Shown here: positions 61,149 through 64,000 of the stretch, piece by piece
How the letters are laid out: every line of letters begins with the position of its first letter
How positions within the stretch are numbered: position 1 is the first letter of the stretch
From: Muribaculaceae bacterium
GTDB taxonomy: Bacteria > Bacteroidota > Bacteroidia > Bacteroidales > Muribaculaceae
Assembly: GCA_017621225.1 (NCBI GenBank)
Contig: JAGATN010000008.1
Span: forward strand, 62,952-126,951
DNA length: 64,000 nt
Direction: 5' to 3'
Notes under the pieces: model-generated
Seen by the model: the letters and a program-made list of their open reading frames with translations, nothing else
What the model was told of the DNA's origin: nothing
Database searches by the model: none
Translations under genes and position numbers: made by a program

Positions 61149-61904
61149 TCAGAGCCTCACATCTATGCCCTGCTCCGACAATTGGCGTTTAAGCTGCGAT
61201 ATGCTTATCTCGCCATAATGAAATATGCTGGCTGCCAAAGCGGCATCAGCCTTGCCGACGCTCAACACCTGAGCAATGTCGGCCACGCATCCGGCTCCGC
61301 CCGACGCTATCACCGGTATGCCAAGCGTGTCGGCCATGCGGGCAAACGTGTCGCAGGGATATCCGCTTCGGGTTCCGTCGTGATCCATCGAGGTAAACAT
61401 TATCTCGCCGGCACCACTGCTCTCCACTTCGACCACCCACTCAAAGAGTTCGCGTTCGGTAAGCTTCGAGCCTCCGTGCGTGGTTATGCGCCACACTCCG
61501 TCGATCTGCTTTGCGTCGACGGCCACCACCACGAACTGGCTGCCGTAACGCGCCGCGATGTCGCTGACCAGTTGCGGATTGGCCACGGCCGCGCTGTTGA
61601 CGGTTATTTTATCGGCTCCGGCATCGAGCAGTCGGGCCGCATCGTCGATGGTGGCTATCCCGCCTCCCACCGTAAAGGGTATGTTGATGCGGTCGGCTAT
61701 TCGCTCCACGAGGCGCGTAAAAGTGTTTCGGCCCTCGCGCGAAGCGCTTATGTCGAGATACACCAATTCGTCGGCACCTTCGAGCGCATAACGGGCGCCG
61801 AGCTCAACGGCATCGCCCACATCAACGAGGCCTTCAAAATTCACGCCCTTGACCGTTCGGCCCTCCTTAACGTCAAGGCAAGGTATTATTCGCTTGGCTG
61901 GCAT
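61149..61904 (-). CDS. hisF: IGP synthase cyclase subunit
   Basis: RIIPCLDV, GADELVYLDI, PFTVGGGI, TSMDHDG and IASGGAG motifs. Confidence 0.97.
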   Translation of the reverse strand: MPAKRIIPCLDVKEGRTVKGVNFEGLVDVGDAVELGARYALEGADELVYLDISASREGRNTFTRLVERIADRINIPFTVGGGIATIDDAARLLDAGADKITVNSAAVANPQLVSDIAARYGSQFVVVAVDAKQIDGVWRITTHGGSKLTERELFEWVVEVESSGAGEIMFTSMDHDGTRSGYPCDTFARMADTLGIPVIASGGAGCVADIAQVLSVGKADAALAASIFHYGEISISQLKRQLSEQGIDVRL

Positions 61905-61919
61905 ATGGCTGATTTGTGT

Positions 61920-62648
61920 CTATTGCTTTGCTATGTAATGTTCTATCTCTTTAAGCGAGATGCGATTCTCGTATATGGCCTTGCCTACTATCACTCTCGG
62001 CAGGCCGAGCTCGTCGAGCTTTACTATGTCGGCCATCGACGATATTCCGCCCGAGACGGTAAATATGATTTCGGGATATTTTTCGCGCAAGCCCACATAC
62101 AGATCCACCGCCGGGCCGGCAAGCATGCCGTCTTTCGAAATGTCGGTGCATATCACCTGCGTCAGGCCGCAAGGGAGATATTCGTCAATAATACGCTCAA
62201 CGGTCATGGACGAATCTTCGAGCCATCCGCTCACCGCCACTTTGCCGTCGCGCAGATCGGCTCCGAGTATCACCTTGTCGCCGCCATGAAGTTGAAGCCA
62301 ACGCTTCATCATGTCGGGCTTCTTCACGGCAACGCTGCCCGCTATCGCATAGTCGGCTCCGGCATTGAAAGCATCGCGCAGAGCAACGTCGTCCTTTATG
62401 CCGCCGCCCCACTCTATGGCAACGAGCCCGAGCGACGCAATTTTTTCGAGCACGCCAAGATTCTTCGGCATCCCGGCCTTTGCACCGTCAAGATCGACCA
62501 CATGGATGCGGCTCACGCCCGCATCGGCATACATGCGCACCATCTCGTCGGGCCGCGCATCGTACTCCGTGCGCCGTTCATAGTCGCCTTGCGACAATCG
62601 CACGCATTTGCCTCCTATCAGATCTATGGCCGGCAATATATCTATCAT
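61920..62648 (-). CDS. hisA: ProFAR isomerase
   Basis: PAIDLIGGKCVRLSQGDY, HVVDLDGA, CTDISKDGML and SGGI motifs. Confidence 0.97.
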   Translation of the reverse strand: MIDILPAIDLIGGKCVRLSQGDYERRTEYDARPDEMVRMYADAGVSRIHVVDLDGAKAGMPKNLGVLEKIASLGLVAIEWGGGIKDDVALRDAFNAGADYAIAGSVAVKKPDMMKRWLQLHGGDKVILGADLRDGKVAVSGWLEDSSMTVERIIDEYLPCGLTQVICTDISKDGMLAGPAVDLYVGLREKYPEIIFTVSGGISSMADIVKLDELGLPRVIVGKAIYENRISLKEIEHYIAKQ

Positions 62649-63229
62649 AGTTCAAGAAAATTTCGTATTATCGACTCTCCCGCATCGCCGCTTTTTTCGG
62701 GGTGAAACTGCGTGCCGTAGAAGTTTTCATATTTCAGGGCCGCGCTAAACATGATGCCGTTGCGCGACGTGGCTATCGTGTCGGGGCAAAGGCCCGCGTA
62801 GTAGCTGTGTACGAAATATACATACTCGCCCCCTTTCATGCCCTTAAACAGCTTGCTCTCGAGATTGGATATGCGGCTCCATCCCATATGCGGCACCTTA
62901 TATTCGTCGGAATCGGGAAAACGATGCACCTTGGCGTCGAATATGTCAAGGCAATCCACATCGCCTTCGTCAGAATGCCGACACATGATCTGCATGCCCA
63001 CACATATGCCCAACACCGGCCGACGAAGCCCGCGTATCACTTCGGGCAATTGACGGCTGCGCAGATTTTCCATCGCCTCGCCGGCATAGCCCACGCCGGG
63101 GAGTATCACCCTGTCGGCCTTACGTATCACATCAGCATCATCGGTAAGCGTCCATTCGGCTCCGAGACGGCGCAGAGCGTTCTCCACCGACCGTATGTTG
63201 CCCATCTTATAATCAATTATAGCTATCAT
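62645..63229 (-). CDS. hisH: IGP synthase glutaminase subunit
   Basis: LPGVG, GICVGMQ, PHMGW, YFVHSY and QFHPEKS motifs. Confidence 0.97.
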   Translation of the reverse strand: MIAIIDYKMGNIRSVENALRRLGAEWTLTDDADVIRKADRVILPGVGYAGEAMENLRSRQLPEVIRGLRRPVLGICVGMQIMCRHSDEGDVDCLDIFDAKVHRFPDSDEYKVPHMGWSRISNLESKLFKGMKGGEYVYFVHSYYAGLCPDTIATSRNGIMFSAALKYENFYGTQFHPEKSGDAGESIIRNFLEL

Positions 63230-64000
63230 ATCACACCTTTGCTTGACGGTAATTCATAACTGAACACATCACGACGAACGGCGGCTCGCAACGCACGTGC
63301 GAATGCCTTGAAAACCCCTTCGATCAGATGATGATTGTTGTCGCCGCGCGCCGAAATGTGAAGATTGCAACGCATTGCGGCACACAGGCTTTTGAAAAAA
63401 TGTTCGAACATTTCAGTGGGCGTATCGCCTACATATTCGCGCGTGAACTCGACATCCCAGCTAAAATCAATGCGTCCGCCGAAATCAATCAGCACCATAG
63501 CCCGACACTCATCCATGGGCAGCACGAATCCGTATCGCTCTATGCCCTGCTTCGAGCCCAACGCCTCGTAGATGGCTTCGCCGAGCGTTATGGCCACATC
63601 CTCGATGGTGTGATGCTCGTCGACCTCCAGATCGCCTTTGCAGGCCACCTTCAGCGACACTGACGCATGGTGCGGTATCTGCCAAAGCATATGGTCGAAG
63701 AATTTAAGGCCGGTATCGATAGCCGACTCGCCATGGCCGTCGAGGTCAACCGACACGGCAATCGACGTTTCGGAGGTGGAGCGTTCGATGCACGCCCTGC
63801 GTCCGCTACCAAGTATGTGGCGGGCTATTTCGGCCCAATCGTCGGTCACCAAGTCGCATCCTCGGCCGTTGTCAGCGGTGCGCGCGGCCACCAAAATGGC
63901 TTTGCACCCGAGATTCGCGGCCAACTCGACATCGGTCGCGCGGTCGCCTATTACGTAACACTCCGACAGGTCGTATTCGCCCGACATGTATTTGCCGAGC
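63226..64000 (-). CDS. hisB: Bifunctional histidinol-phosphatase / IGP dehydratase (5'-truncated by window)
   Basis: VIGDRATD HAD tail followed by FFDHML, VDEHHTIEDV and NNHHLIE. Frame is open to the window end. Confidence 0.95.
   Translation of the reverse strand, partial: LGKYMSGEYDLSECYVIGDRATDVELAANLGCKAILVAARTADNGRGCDLVTDDWAEIARHILGSGRRACIERSTSETSIAVSVDLDGHGESAIDTGLKFFDHMLWQIPHHASVSLKVACKGDLEVDEHHTIEDVAITLGEAIYEALGSKQGIERYGFVLPMDECRAMVLIDFGGRIDFSWDVEFTREYVGDTPTEMFEHFFKSLCAAMRCNLHISARGDNNHHLIEGVFKAFARALRAAVRRDVFSYELPSSKGVI

Noticed and set aside
60912-62705. 597-aa plus-strand ORF
   Set aside because: Antisense shadow of hisF/hisA/hisIE with no recognisable motifs. Long shadow ORFs are common at this GC and codon bias.
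1-64000. CRISPR array, rRNA, intact transposase or prophage genes
   Set aside because: No regularly spaced direct repeats, rRNA-like sequence, or DDE/integrase/phage ORFs were seen.

Overview
Chromosomal window from a Bacteroidales organism, possibly Muribaculaceae (inferred from TAnnTTTG promoters, Q at +1 after signal peptides, gene order and frequent ATA Ile codons). In order it holds: the tail of a glycan locus (GH2, double GH43); proX; namZ-SSS-WYL-trmD; tRNA-Pro(GGG); an AbiE toxin-antitoxin pair with a broken toxin; gyrB-rnr-folB; a GT2; a sensor kinase leading a Wzx/Wzy polysaccharide cluster; a queuosine-precursor transporter and yjjG; HU-bS22-RNase E/G; a Tat phosphodiesterase, C69 peptidase and GH29; two FKBPs; cobB; the dcw cluster (rsmH to ftsZ); rnhB; an OmpR-type regulator; a Na/Pi transporter; a mutarotase; an unknown membrane protein; an EEP nuclease; and hisB-H-A-F-IE. 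The main features not in the ORF track are: (1) two 162-bp fully palindromic intergenic elements, each flanked by TAA, with divergent arms but a shared 34-nt apex motif; (2) a preQ1-I riboswitch; (3) a 29-aa bS22-like ribosomal protein ORF; (4) an internally deleted AbiEii toxin. Also notable are a radical SAM enzyme and a Wzc lacking kinase motifs in the polysaccharide cluster, and a cluster of proline-decoding genes (proX, trmD, tRNA-Pro). All calls come from reading the sequence; no database searches were run.
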